From: Alphaproteobacteria bacterium
GTDB lineage: Bacteria > Pseudomonadota > Alphaproteobacteria > SHVV01
Assembly: GCA_965261735.1 (NCBI GenBank)
Contig: OZ253470.1
Coordinates: 608,001-672,000 of the forward strand
Direction of reading: 5' to 3'
DNA length: 64,000 bases
The notes under the pieces are model-generated. The model ran no database searches, was not told the origin of the DNA, and was given only the letters and a program-made list of their open reading frames with translations. Below, one piece after another: positions 41,168-52,499 of the stretch. Position numbers and translations under genes: made by a program. The number at the start of each line of letters is the position of its first letter. The first letter of the stretch is position 1.

Positions 41168-41742
41168 CCCTCGCACCCGCGCATCAGGTCCTCTCGCGCG
41201 AAGCCATTGTCGCCGCGCAGCAGGATGTCGACGTTGGGCCATCGTTCGCCGATCATCCGGACGATGCGGCGGATCTGGTTGCGCGCGCCCCTGGCGCCCT
41301 CGATGTTGGCGGGTCGGAGCTGGGCGAGCAGGAGATGGCGGCCGCAGAAGACGTAGAGCGGCAGGAAGCAGCGGTGTTCGTAATAGCCGTGGAAGAAGGC
41401 GTTCTCCTGGCGCCCATGGGTCTCCACGTCGGTGGCGTCGACATCGAGGGTGATGCGCGCGGGCGGCGTCTGGTGGGCGTCGAGAAACAGGGTGCCGAAC
41501 AGGTTGGAGAGTTTCTTGAGGTTGGCAGAGATCTGATGGTACCGGCGATCGCCGGTGTCCCAGGCGTGCTCGATGCGGTTCAGCGTCGATTTGCCGGCCA
41601 ACGCCGGCGGGCCTTTACCGGTGGCCGGCGTCGGCTCGCCGCCGCAATCGGCGAGGAGCTTGCACGCCGGATCGTGGCGCAAGGCGTCGTGATCGTTGAT
41701 GTTTTCATAGCCCAGGGCGATGCCCGCGACCCGCTGGGCCTT
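41168..41742 (-). pseudogene. IS1380-family transposase internal fragment
   Basis: GYENINDHDALRHDP, LDVDATD..THGRQE..FFHGYY, LLRGDNGF. Confidence 0.85.
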
Positions 41743-42347
41743 GCAGAGCGACTCAGCGACGAAGCATTCGATGGATTTCTGGAAAAGTTGAAAACATTCC
41801 CGATACAGCACTCGCAGCGTCGAAATACGAGGACACCTTATCGGCAGCTGATAAGTGGAGCGACGTGTTCGAACACTTCTTTCCAATGCCCGACGAAGAA
41901 GGTCTTCAAGAAGTCGTTATAGGTTCCGCGCAACTTCCCGTGCCGGCATTCATACCTGAGGTGGACGTTCATGCGGTTGTAAAAGAAAATGCGCACCAAT
42001 ACTGGAAAGGCAGGAACAAAATAGGCCCGATTCCAAAGAATTTCGAGATTAGTTTTCGAATTGCCAATTCCGCGTTGCTCCCCGCTAACTCAACAATCAA
42101 ATGGATGGTCAGAAACGAAGGCGATGAGGCTGAGGCAATCAACGATCTTGGCCACAAGGCGGGAATTATGCTCACTGCCTCCGAACGTTCCGCCTATAGA
42201 GGTACCCACTACATGGACTGTGTTGTCCGTCAATATGGAGTTGTAATTGGAGTGCGTCGAATTCCGGTTTCAATTTCTGCAGCGGCTATGCCGAGGCGCA
42301 ATCCCGCAAGTCATCCTGCTTGGGTTCGACATCGTGGCAAAAAATGA
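41743..42347 (+). pseudogene. C-terminal remnant of a CBASS-type CD-NTase with AGS-C domain
   Basis: IKWMVRNEGDEAE..NDLGH...ERSAYRGTHYMDC resembles AGS-C; preceded by a helical ..AADKWSDVFEHFFP segment; lower GC. Confidence 0.65.
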
Positions 42348-42451
42348 TTCCCACGCCCTGCTACCCTTGCGACGCATTTATGGAACCACCCGTGCCTCAG
42401 TCAGTTTCGTAGTGTCCACTAAACGATGGTGGACATCATCGACCTCTGGAC

Positions 42452-42582
42452 GGCTTTGTCAAGTTAACTGGATTCACTCCGAAATTTGGTAAATTGTTGA
42501 TGGCTGCTCTACGCAATTTCAACGGCTTAGCCTTATGGAGAAATGCCGAAAACAGCCTACAATCATTTAACTTGACAATACC
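42452..42582 (-). repeat. 131-bp MITE-like element, copy 2
   Basis: GGCTTTGTCAAGTTAA...TTAACTTGACAATACC; inverted homolog of 27470-27600. Confidence 0.8.
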
Positions 42583-42592
42583 CACCCAGCGC

Positions 42593-42904
42593 CTATTCCT
42601 CACACGGGTAGACATTCGACAGCAGGAGCATGAAGGCCTTGTTGGACGCCTGTTGCTCAGCCACATGCGGGTGCCGCGATATGTAGGCCTTGATGTCCCG
42701 CTGGATTTTCTTTGGATCCACCGGCTCATCGACGCATACGACGGTGTCGACCTTGTAGACATCCCGCGCCGTGCTCTGGTGTCCTTGAATGAACCCCGAG
42801 AAGTATACCGGTGCGGAACTCAGGGCCACGAACTCCCCGATGGTCTGGGCATGGGCTGTGCAAGTCCATGCTACGAAAGCCGCAATCAGAGCAAGAAACT
42901 TCAT
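42593..42904 (-). CDS. Small secreted hypothetical protein (Rap1a/HdeA-like pattern)
   Basis: Signal peptide ending AHA, YISRHP...LSNVYPC; GGGAGG RBS. Confidence 0.55.
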   Translation of the reverse strand: MKFLALIAAFVAWTCTAHAQTIGEFVALSSAPVYFSGFIQGHQSTARDVYKVDTVVCVDEPVDPKKIQRDIKAYISRHPHVAEQQASNKAFMLLLSNVYPCEE

Positions 42905-43071
42905 ACTTCCCTCCCGGCTGTCTTGAAATAGAGGGCGGCCGTGCTGATCGGGATCCGCCTAGCTATGTTGACCAACGGAATTGGTGCGATTCCGGATGCT
43001 GGTTTTCCGACGCTGCTTAGCGGACCGCAGATATCACGTGTCACCCCTCAGAACATCCCGACAAATCCAGC

Positions 43072-45384
43072 GTGGTGCTGGCGCGCACACGGGCCGAAGT
43101 GCGGGCACTGTCCCACCTGATGCGGGAGCGCCGGTTCGCCGCGCTAACGGATGGGGAACGGCCCGATACGGACCGAGTGACGGTGATCGTAAGCCGGGGC
43201 ACGGAAGACGAGCGAACAACCTCGCCGCTGGAAATCGCGCGCGGCGATTGCTTGCGTATCGGCGCCACCCACTGGGAGAAGCAGCTGTTCAACGGCACCG
43301 TGGTCACGGTCGACGACTTCAAGGTCCAGAGAGGCGAAGCCGGTAAGGAGCCAAGTGTCCTGATATCGGCCCGCACCGAGGATGGGCGGGCCGTATCGTT
43401 CCATCACGACGAGATCCGCGACTGGTACGGCAATATCCGTCTCGATCACGGCTATGCCCTCACTATTACATCCGCCCAGGGGTTGACCGTGGACCGGACG
43501 TTCCTGCTAGCGGATGCAAGGCCCGCTCGTGAAACCATCTATCCCGCGGCGACACGCCATCGCGAGGGGCTCGACATCTACGTTAACCGAGCACCGCTCG
43601 TTCTCGATATCGCCGACAGGCGAGCGGACAACGACCGCGAAGTGGCGGTAACGGACACCGAGATCCGGGCCTATCTGGCCGACCGCAGGTCACGGTCTCA
43701 GCCCAAGGAGGCGGCGCTCGACTACATGGCCGATGGCATATGGCAAGACAGCCGAGAGAATGTCCGGGAGAACAATTCCCTGTCAATTCGAGAAACTCAG
43801 GGAGAACCTCTGGAACCCCGTCCGGCGGCGAACGATAACACGCTGGTCCGCATCGCGCGGGATGTCCGGCGCACCGCCTTCGGCTGGCGTCATGCCCAGG
43901 CGGTCTCCACCTTCGCCGCTGGCCACAGGCAAGTTCTGGCGGCATACGACGATTTGCGCGAGCGCACCCGCACGCAAGGCGATACCGTGGCGCTTGGGCC
44001 TGCTTACCAGGAGACGCTCACCCGTCACTCGGCACTGCTTAAACAGGCCGAGACCTTCCGCGCCCGGCCGGACGACTTCGCCTCCCTGCTGGCAGAACGC
44101 GGCGGCATCGGGCGCAAGGATCTCGACGCCTTCGAGGAACTCCATACACGGGCGCGACGCCACCGGCGCGCGGCCACGATGCGCTACGTGCATCGGATCA
44201 AGCGGGAGGCTGAACAGGGGCCGGAACAGCAACCTGGGCCGGCGTTGCGGCAAGGCGAGCTTCCTCTGGAGGACGATCATACCGCGCTGGACGGGCGTGC
44301 CGAAACGGTGGAGCGGACCGCGACGACAGCGCCATCCCGCAGTCCTGCCGCGACGACGGCCGATGCGGGGGCGCCCGCAACAGACGCGGAAACCGCAAAG
44401 CCCGACTGGCTGGAGCCCTACGAAGCCTTGCGGCGGGATTGGAACAGCCTGATCGAAAGGGTTCAACAAATCGGGGAGCCTATATTCTACGCCAAAGGGT
44501 ATGCGGACATGATGCCGCGCATGCAGGCGCTCGCGGATAACCGGGATATCCCGGCCGAGACACGGGTGCCCATGATCCGGGCGCGCGAAAATCACCAACG
44601 GGATCTCTCGGCGCGCAATTTCGTCGCGGACTATCTTGACGCGGCCGAACGGCACATGGGCAATCACGCCGCCCTTCAAAGCGCGGCGGAGAGCCTCGAT
44701 ATTCCGATCGCCGAGGTACCGGATCATCCGGATTGGAGACAGGAAGCGGACCGCCTGGTGGCGGCGGGTGAGGCTATCCTCTCCGATAAAGAGGCCTACG
44801 GTGTGCATCTCGATCACATCCTGATCGGCGATACACGCCTGAAATGGGCACTCTCCGACCTTCGCGAGGCGATCCGGCGGGACAGCGCCACCATCCGCGA
44901 GAACGCTGTAACAGTAACCCGGGAGCGGCCTTCCCCGGCGCAAACGCCCGAAGAGAGCGCCCGCAAAACCCAAAGCAAGGTCCACGAGTTCCGTCGGCTT
45001 CAGTCGGCCGCCTACCACGCATCGGGGGACGAGCGCAAAGCAGCACGGAAGGCGTTCGACGATTATCGAGAGCGCGAGTCCAAACACTACACCACGTCCG
45101 GGGAAGACCGCCGCCACGACGCCCGCGACATACATGAAGAGACCCAACAACGGCCCTCCTCGCCGCAAACGGACGAGGAGCGCAGGCGCGAAGCCCAAAG
45201 CAAGGCCCACGAGTTCCGCCGGCTTCAATCGGCCGCGTACAACGCAACGGGGGACGAGCGCATAGCGGCACAGAAGGCGTTCGACGACTATCGCGAGCGC
45301 GAGTTCAAAAAGAACGAGAAGCACGAGGAGAAAAAACGCCAGACCCGCAAGAAGTCCAAGGGCCTGAGAATGCGCCTGCAGTAA
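43072..45384 (+). pseudogene. C-terminal part of a TraA-type relaxase-helicase
   Basis: LFNGTVVTV, DHGYALTITSAQGLTVD, YPAATRHR (RecD-like helicase motifs); relaxase domain and Walker A missing. Confidence 0.78.
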
Positions 45385-46342
45385 GCCGCGCGGTTGACTG
45401 GGCCGGCGCCCTCTCTCCTCGACCTCATGAGCAATGGCGCGCCCTCACGGCATCGAACGCGGCGAGAGACGCCATTTTGAGTGCCGGATTCTAATCTGGA
45501 GGCTCTCAACCGAACGGCAAACGGCCGATGCGGTGCCTGGTGGAAGGAACGTTCGGATCGGGACAGCCCTCAACACGCCGCACGATCTTGACAACCAGTG
45601 TTGTATGTTCATTTCTTGCCTATCCGGTTAACGCCCATGACCGCTACATGTAGGGTGCCGCCACTCTCCCGAGTAAAGCTCGGCATAGGTTGGAGCAGAG
45701 GTGTCGCCCGCGATGCCGAGCAATGAGCGGAAGGCGTTGAACGGGTAGAACCGCCTGTTGAAGCGGAAGGTGAACTCGTTGAGGTAGGCTTGTAGGTGCT
45801 GGTGGCTAACGCCGTGGTGGATACCGATCAGCCACGTCTTCAGGTTGGCGAAAACCAGATGGATGATCGGCAGGTATTGCTCGGCAACCTCTGGATCACC
45901 ACACTCGGCAACAGCGAAGTGCTCATAGCCGCGCTTCCCGAGGCCAGCATAGCCGCTCCAATCGTCAGTAACGATCAGCGATCGCGGCGCGACGGTGCTC
46001 TCGACGAACCCACAGAGCGACTCGGCGCTACGGTCGAGCACGACGGCGAGCCGAACGCGTCCGGCATAGCGTCCGTCTTTCCGGTTGTCGAGCTTGGTGC
46101 CCGGCTTTCGATGACGCACCTCGATGGCACAGGAGACGGGAACCTTGTGGTGAACACCACGGCCTTCCCCACGCGTTCGCCCGCCAACCCAGGTTTCGTC
46201 CACCTCAACATGGTTCTTGGGCTGTCCACCGATCCTGTCTTGGTTGGGCCGCACCATGCCCGAGCGGAGCTTGTGGAGAATTTGAAAGGCCGTCTCGTAG
46301 CGCGAAAGACCAAGTTGCCGCTGAAACTGCACGGCGGACATG

Positions 46343-47736
46343 GGTTGTGTCTCGAAAGTGGTGGAAATTGGTTTTGGCGCCTCTCCGAGCGGGTTGAGTT
46401 TTGCGGCGGTCAGGCTGCGCGGTCAAGGGTTTCGTCGGCGATTAGCTGATCGAGGGTTTCCCATCCATTGACTTTGCGCATCTGGATTTGGCCGGAAGCG
46501 AGGAGTGCCCAGAGGAGCATCGGCACTGTTTCGGGACACGGCAGCACGGTCTGTGTTTTGATCCGGCGCTTGAACTCCTCGTTGAGACGCTCAATGGCGT
46601 TGGTCGTTCGGGCTGATTTCCATTGGCTCTTGGACAGGCGCGTGAAGGTAAAGAGCTTGTCGCCCGCTTCTGCGAGGCTGTCCGCGACGGCCCTGCATTT
46701 CAGCCGCCACTTGCGGACAAACGCCTTGCGGCGGGTTTCCACCTCGGAGGCAGTGTCAGCATAGATCATATCGCGGTAATCTTCGCTCAGCTCGTCATGC
46801 ATGTGTTTGGGAGCATGACCCAGAAGGTTGCGGTGCTTGTGCACGGTGCAGCGTTGAACGGGAAGGTCATCGCCCCAAAGCGCCGACAGAGCCGCCTCCA
46901 GTCCCGGCGCGCCATCGACGATGACAAACCCGGGCCGTTTCAGTCCACGCGCATCAAGGTCGTCGAGGAACTGGCGCCACGCCGCCTGGCTTTCTCCGCC
47001 CATATTCCCGATCGAAAGCAAGACCTTCTGGCCATCCCGGCGCACCCCTATAGCCGCGAGAACCGAGATGTTGGTGGCCTTGCGGTCCAGTCGGGTCTTG
47101 ATCACAGTGCCGTCAAGGATCAGCCGAACGATATCCTCATCCGCGAGGCCACGGCTGCACCAGGCGTCCCAATCGACCTTCACCTTGCGCCACGCCCGGC
47201 TCACAACGTCCTTGCTCACAGCACCCCGGAAGAGCCCGAACAGCGCGCGTTTCACCCGCCGCGTGTTGGTTCCGGACAGATACACCGAAGCGATCAGCGC
47301 CTCGGCCTTTCTGGTCAGCCGCTGGTAGCGCGGCAGCGCCCGCGAACGCCATTCCGACGCCCGACCGTCTTCCTCAACGATCCGCGCACGCGGCACGCTC
47401 ACCCTCTCGGTCCCGAATGTCCCCGTCAGTTGCCGCTCCCGGTGCCCGTTCCGATACCCTTGCCGAAGCGCGTCCTCTCGACCGTATCGGCAGCGCCCGA
47501 GAAACTGCGCAAGTTCCTCCTCAAAAACGGCCTCGATCGTGGATCTGATGTTCTCCCGCAGCCGGTCCTCGATCGGATCATAGCCGGCGTCATTGGCCAG
47601 TAGCGAAAGCGCGGAAGTCTCGGTAGTGTTCTTCATGGCGTGATCTCCTTGGCGGTGCTAGCCGCCGATTGGGTGGTTGTCTTGTCACCCGGAGATTACG
47701 CCATCCTCAAATTTCCACCACTTTCGAGACACAGCC
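46343..47736 (-). mobile_element. IS256-family element copy 1
   Basis: TIRs GG(T/C)TGTGTCTCGAAAGTGGTGGAAATT; TSD CGGACATG. Confidence 0.95.
46410..47636 (-). CDS. IS256 transposase
   Basis: YRNGHRER, LILDG, VIVDGAPGL, QRCTVH, RTTNAIERLNEEFKRR. Confidence 0.95.
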   Translation of the reverse strand: MKNTTETSALSLLANDAGYDPIEDRLRENIRSTIEAVFEEELAQFLGRCRYGREDALRQGYRNGHRERQLTGTFGTERVSVPRARIVEEDGRASEWRSRALPRYQRLTRKAEALIASVYLSGTNTRRVKRALFGLFRGAVSKDVVSRAWRKVKVDWDAWCSRGLADEDIVRLILDGTVIKTRLDRKATNISVLAAIGVRRDGQKVLLSIGNMGGESQAAWRQFLDDLDARGLKRPGFVIVDGAPGLEAALSALWGDDLPVQRCTVHKHRNLLGHAPKHMHDELSEDYRDMIYADTASEVETRRKAFVRKWRLKCRAVADSLAEAGDKLFTFTRLSKSQWKSARTTNAIERLNEEFKRRIKTQTVLPCPETVPMLLWALLASGQIQMRKVNGWETLDQLIADETLDRAA

Positions 47737-48122
47737 CGGACATGCCGGGCGTCTGACTGGCGACCAGATAAGCGGCCCAGAACCAGACGTTCAGCGGAGT
47801 GTGGCTACGCTCCATCACTGTTCCCACCGTCAGCCCGGTGTTCTTGGCGGCACTTGCGGCAGCGCAGGACGCCAGGGCGGTTTTCAAAGTGGAACGGCTC
47901 TCCCGCCGTGCCGCAGTGCGGGCAGGCAAAGCCGTCTCCCCAGCGGGCTTTCTCCAGGTAGGCGGCGCAGGCCGCATCATCGGGGAAAAGTCGCTGGAAC
48001 TCGGGTAGCGAATGCGGGAATGGGAGATCGGCGCGGTCGAGAACATCCATGGCGCGCTCCCCTATATCCGGGTTGCGCCCATTCTAGCCCTAGTGGGTGT
48101 GGGTGTAAACCGGATAAGCAAG

Positions 48123-48137
48123 GTTCATTTTATGTTC
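48123..48137 (+). promoter_or_regulatory. Alphaproteobacterial LexA (SOS) box
   Basis: GTTC-ATTTTAT-GTTC upstream of a umuD-like remnant. Confidence 0.75.
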
Positions 48138-48361
48138 GTATAAACACTGAGGGTCGCCTCCTTGCAGCGTTTCACAGATCAGCCCACCGAACTCGCCCTG
48201 CCGCTCTACGGCTCCAGGGTACCCGCCGGATGTATCTGTTCGGCGAAGCTGTGGAATCGGCCGGCCCGCGGGAGAAGTGGGCGATCACAGCCGCCTCGTT
48301 TGTTGAAACAGCGCTCATTCCCTGCCTCCCCCCATTCGGACGTCCACGGTTTGAACGAACG

Positions 48362-48628
48362 TGTGTGGACGCCCCCGTTGATGCAAGCAGTTTTTGGTCG
48401 GCTCGGTGCATGCGGTCAGGTGCTGTCGTGTGTCCGGCCTCTCTATGCGGCAGATGACACGCCGCGGGCCCGTATGGAGATACGCGGATTGGGTCCAAAT
48501 CGGTTACGCGAGCTTGAAAGCTCTCCGTTCGGATGCTGGTTTTCCCAACCCGGTCTCGTTGACCTTTGCCCTTACCTGTCCTCCGTCCTGCCCACATCCC
48601 CGACGGCTTCCCGCACTTCGCCGTTCTC
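48362..48628 (-). ncRNA. Putative bridge/seekRNA region of IS110 copy 2
   Basis: Same sequence as 26748-27014. Confidence 0.75.
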
Positions 48629-49651
48629 TCAGGCGGTGGCGGGAGCCCGGTAGCTCTCCTTCTTCGTCAGTAGCGCCCAGACGATGCGCGCCATCCTGTT
48701 GGCCAGCGCCACCGCGACGAGCATCCTCGGCTTGCGCGCCAGCATCCCGGCCAGCCAGGGGTCCGTCGTCACGCCGCGCCGAACCGCCCAGCGGACCACA
48801 GTCATCGCGCCTGTGATCAGCAGCCGTCTCAGATCGCGCTGGCCCATCTTCGATATCTTGCCCAGCTTCGGCTTGCCGCCGGTCGTGTGCTGACGCGGCA
48901 CGAGGCCGAGCCAAGCGGAGAAGTCGCGGCCGCGCCGGAAACTCTCCATCGGCGGTGCGAAGGCCTGGATTGCCATCGCGCTGATCGGCCCGATCCCCGG
49001 CACGCTCATCAGGCGCCTCGCCTCCTCATCCTGCCGTGCTCTCACGTGGACCTCCCTCTCCAGGCCCGCAATCTTCGCATCGAGGCCGGCGATCTGCTCA
49101 AGCAGAAGGCCGGCCAGCTCGCGGACCGCTTCCGGCAACCTCGAAGCCGGTCCCCCAAGCGCCGAGGCCAGCCGGCCGACATGAGCCGGCCCCTGCGGGG
49201 CAATGACACCGAACTCCGCCAGATGGCCGCGCAGCGCATTAATCGTCTGGGTGCGCTGGCGCACCAGAAGATCGCGCGTCCGGAACAGCATGCCCCGAGC
49301 CTGCTGTTCCTCCGTCTTCACAGCCACAAAGCGCATGGTCGGCCGCGACGACGCCTCGCAGATCGCCTCCGCATCCGACGCGTCGTTCTTTTGCCGCTTG
49401 ACGTACGCTTTGACGTAGATCGGTGGGACCAGTCGCACCGCATGGCCGAGACTGCCGATCTCCCGGCCCCAATGGTGCGCGCCGCCGCACGCCTCCATCG
49501 CCACCGTGCAGCGTGGCTGCGCAGCCACAAAGTCCAACAGCTTCGCCCGGCTCAGCTTCTTGCGGAACGCAACCGACCCATCCGCCCGCGCACCGTGCAG
49601 CTGAAAGCTGTTCTTCGCCAGATCGATCCCGATCATGTGAACCTGTTCCAT
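48629..49651 (-). CDS. IS110 recombinase
   Basis: Near-identical to 25725-26747. Confidence 0.95.
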   Translation of the reverse strand: MEQVHMIGIDLAKNSFQLHGARADGSVAFRKKLSRAKLLDFVAAQPRCTVAMEACGGAHHWGREIGSLGHAVRLVPPIYVKAYVKRQKNDASDAEAICEASSRPTMRFVAVKTEEQQARGMLFRTRDLLVRQRTQTINALRGHLAEFGVIAPQGPAHVGRLASALGGPASRLPEAVRELAGLLLEQIAGLDAKIAGLEREVHVRARQDEEARRLMSVPGIGPISAMAIQAFAPPMESFRRGRDFSAWLGLVPRQHTTGGKPKLGKISKMGQRDLRRLLITGAMTVVRWAVRRGVTTDPWLAGMLARKPRMLVAVALANRMARIVWALLTKKESYRAPATA

Positions 49652-49813
49652 GGACGCCCCCTTCCTCGCTTGGCGTTAACAACACCGCCAACCTGGCACA
49701 TCGCGATGCCGTCGGGAGGGGCGTCCACCCCATCGGTTGCCGCCGGATTTCCAAGCCCCGCCGACGACCATATCGAGGGCAAGCTTGATCTCAATCTGCA
49801 TCTGATCCGCCCG

Positions 49814-50065
49814 CGCCACGTCCGTCGCCGCGAGGCCTGCCGCCCGCTCCGCATCCGCTGCCAGGGATGGATCGAGCAGATCGCGGTGCTCTACCGCCTG
49901 AACGAGGCGCGTCTGGAGCATTACGACCCCGGCCTTGAGCGCCAGACGCCAGCGTTCGATGCGGCGCAGGGCAGGCTGAAGGAGGCGCTCGGCGGCCTGT
50001 TCGCGGAGGCCGAACAGGAGCTCGCCGGCCTGCCCGACCAAGCGCGCGAGGGCAAGGCGCTGCCC
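49814..50065 (+). pseudogene. IS66-like transposase fragment
   Basis: WIEQIAVLYRLNEARL...REGKAL segment. Confidence 0.5.
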
Positions 50066-51105
50066 GCAACTGTCCGAGTAACGCTGAGGAGGAAATGGCA
50101 TCCGCAAACAATCAGGATGTCACGAAGGTCGCGGACCGACACCGGGAGCGGACCGCGAACCTTACTTCTGGGCAGGACCACGATCAGGCGCGAACGTCCC
50201 CTCGAAGGTGCTTTCGGGAGCGCCCCGACTGCCCTCGACGAGGACGACTGGATCGCGCGCTTTCCGGATGTTGTTCGGCGCGAGGGTTCGACGCTGATCA
50301 GGACGCCAACTTATTGCTTGCCTATCCGGTTAACGCCCATGACCGCTACATGTAGGGTGCCGCCACTCTCCCGAGTAAAGCTCGGCATAGGTTGGAGCAG
50401 AGGTGTCGCCCGCGATGCCGAGCAATGAGCGGAAGGCGTTGAACGGGTAGAACCGCCTGTTGAAGCGGAAGGTGAACTCGTTGAGGTAGGCTTGTAGGTG
50501 CTGGTGGCTAACGCCGTGGTGGATACCGATCAGCCACGTCTTCAGGTTGGCGAAAACCAGATGGATGATCGGCAGGTATTGCTCGGCAACCTCTGGATCA
50601 CCACACTCGGCAACAGCGAAGTGCTCATAGCCGCGCTTACCGAGGCCAGCATAGCCGCTCCAATCGTCAGTAACGATCAGCGATCGCGGCGCGACGGTGC
50701 TCTCGACGAACCCACAGAGCGACTCGGCGCTACGGTCGAGCACGACGGCGAGCCGAACGCGTCCGGCATAGCGTCCGTCTTTCCGGTTGTCGAGCTTGGT
50801 GCCCGGCTTTCGATGACGCACCTCGATGGCACAGGAGACGGGAACCTTGTGGTGAACACCACGGCCTTCCCCACGCGTTCGCCCGCCAACCCAGGTTTCG
50901 TCCACCTCAACATGGTTCTTGGGCTGTCCACCGATCCTGTCTTGGTTGGGCCGCACCATGCCCGAGCGGAGCTTGTGGAGAATTTGAAAGGCCGTCTCGT
51001 AGCGCGAAAGACCAAGTTGCCGCTGAAACTGCACGGCGGACATGCCGGGCGTCTGACTGGCGACCAGATAAGCGGCCCAGAACCAGACGTTCAGCGGAGT
51101 GTGGC

Positions 51106-52499
51106 GGCTGTGTCTCGAAAGTGGTGGAAATTTGAGGATGGCGTAATCTCCGGGTGACAAGACAACCACCCAATCGGCGGCTAGCACCGCCAAGGAGATC
51201 ACGCCATGAAGAACACTACCGAGACTTCCGCGCTTTCGCTACTGGCCAATGACGCCGGCTATGATCCGCTCGAGGACCGGCTGCGGGAGAACATCAGATC
51301 CACGATCGAGGCCGTTTTTGAGGAGGAACTTGCGCAGTTTCTCGGGCGCTGCCGATACGGTCGAGAGGACGCGCTTCGGCAAGGGTATCGGAACGGGCAC
51401 CGGGAGCGGCAACTGACGGGGACATTCGGGACCGAGAGGGTGAGCGTGCCGCGTGCGCGGATCGTTGAGGAAGACGGTCGGGCGTCGGAATGGCGTTCGC
51501 GGGCGCTGCCGCGCTACCAGCGGCTGACCAGAAAGGCCGAGGCGCTGATCGCTTCGGTGTATCTGTCCGGAACCAACACGCGGCGGGTGAAACGCGCGCT
51601 GTTCGGGCTCTTCCGGGGTGCTGTGAGCAAGGACGTTGTGAGCCGGGCGTGGCGCAAGGTGAAGGTCGATTGGGACGCCTGGTGCAGCCGTGGCCTCGCG
51701 GATGAGGATATCGTTCGGCTGATCCTTGACGGCACTGTGATCAAGACCCGACTGGACCGCAAGGCCACCAACATCTCGGTTCTCGCGGCTATAGGGGTGC
51801 GCCGGGATGGCCAGAAGGTCTTGCTTTCGATCGGGAATATGGGCGGAGAAAGCCAGGCGGCGTGGCGCCAGTTCCTCGACGACCTTGATGCGCGTGGACT
51901 GAAACGGCCCGGGTTTGTCATCGTCGATGGCGCGCCGGGACTGGAGGCGGCTCTGTCGGCGCTTTGGGGCGATGACCTTCCCGTTCAACGCTGCACCGTG
52001 CACAAGCACCGCAACCTTCTGGGTCATGCTCCCAAACACATGCATGACGAGCTGAGCGAAGATTACCGCGATATGATCTATGCCGACACTGCCTCCGAGG
52101 TGGAAACCCGCCGCAAGGCGTTTGTCCGCAAGTGGCGGCTGAAATGCAGGGCCGTCGCGGACAGCCTCGCAGAAGCGGGCGACAAGCTCTTTACCTTCAC
52201 GCGCCTGTCCAAGAGCCAATGGAAATCAGCCCGAACGACCAACGCCATTGAGCGTCTCAACGAGGAGTTCAAGCGCCGGATCAAAACACAGACCGTGCTG
52301 CCGTGTCCCGAAACAGTGCCGATGCTCCTCTGGGCACTCCTCGCTTCCGGCCAAATCCAGATGCGCAAAGTCGATGGATGGGAAACCCTCGATCAGCTAA
52401 TCGCCGACGAAACCCTTGACCGCGCAGCCTGACCGCCGCAAAACTCAACCCGCTCGGAGAGGCGCCAAAACCAATTTCCACCACTTTCGAGACACAACC
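51106..52499 (+). mobile_element. IS256-family element copy 2
   Basis: Same 1394-bp element in opposite orientation; TSD GAGTGTGGC. Confidence 0.95.
51206..52432 (+). CDS. IS256 transposase
   Basis: Near-identical to 46410-47636. Confidence 0.95.
   Translation: MKNTTETSALSLLANDAGYDPLEDRLRENIRSTIEAVFEEELAQFLGRCRYGREDALRQGYRNGHRERQLTGTFGTERVSVPRARIVEEDGRASEWRSRALPRYQRLTRKAEALIASVYLSGTNTRRVKRALFGLFRGAVSKDVVSRAWRKVKVDWDAWCSRGLADEDIVRLILDGTVIKTRLDRKATNISVLAAIGVRRDGQKVLLSIGNMGGESQAAWRQFLDDLDARGLKRPGFVIVDGAPGLEAALSALWGDDLPVQRCTVHKHRNLLGHAPKHMHDELSEDYRDMIYADTASEVETRRKAFVRKWRLKCRAVADSLAEAGDKLFTFTRLSKSQWKSARTTNAIERLNEEFKRRIKTQTVLPCPETVPMLLWALLASGQIQMRKVDGWETLDQLIADETLDRAA

Larger units (their letters stand above)
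45615..48122 (-). mobile_element. IS1595-family element copy C, interrupted by IS256
   Basis: TIRs CTTGCCTATCCGG / CCGGATAAGCAAG; 8-bp TSD GTTCATTT (45607-45614, 48123-48130). Confidence 0.93.
48360..49735 (-). mobile_element. IS110 family (IS1111-type) element, copy 2
   Basis: Near-identical to 25641-27016; CG core at both ends. Confidence 0.93.
48162..49810 (+). pseudogene. umuD: UmuD-like (S24) gene remnant interrupted by IS110 and truncated
   Basis: LPLYGSRVPAG before the IS; VAAGFPSPADDHIEGKLDLNLHLIR after it. Confidence 0.7.

Noticed and set aside
48887-50428. 513-aa ORF, and the 25296-26153 ORF
   Set aside because: Read-through from antisense IS110 sequence into flanking gene fragments
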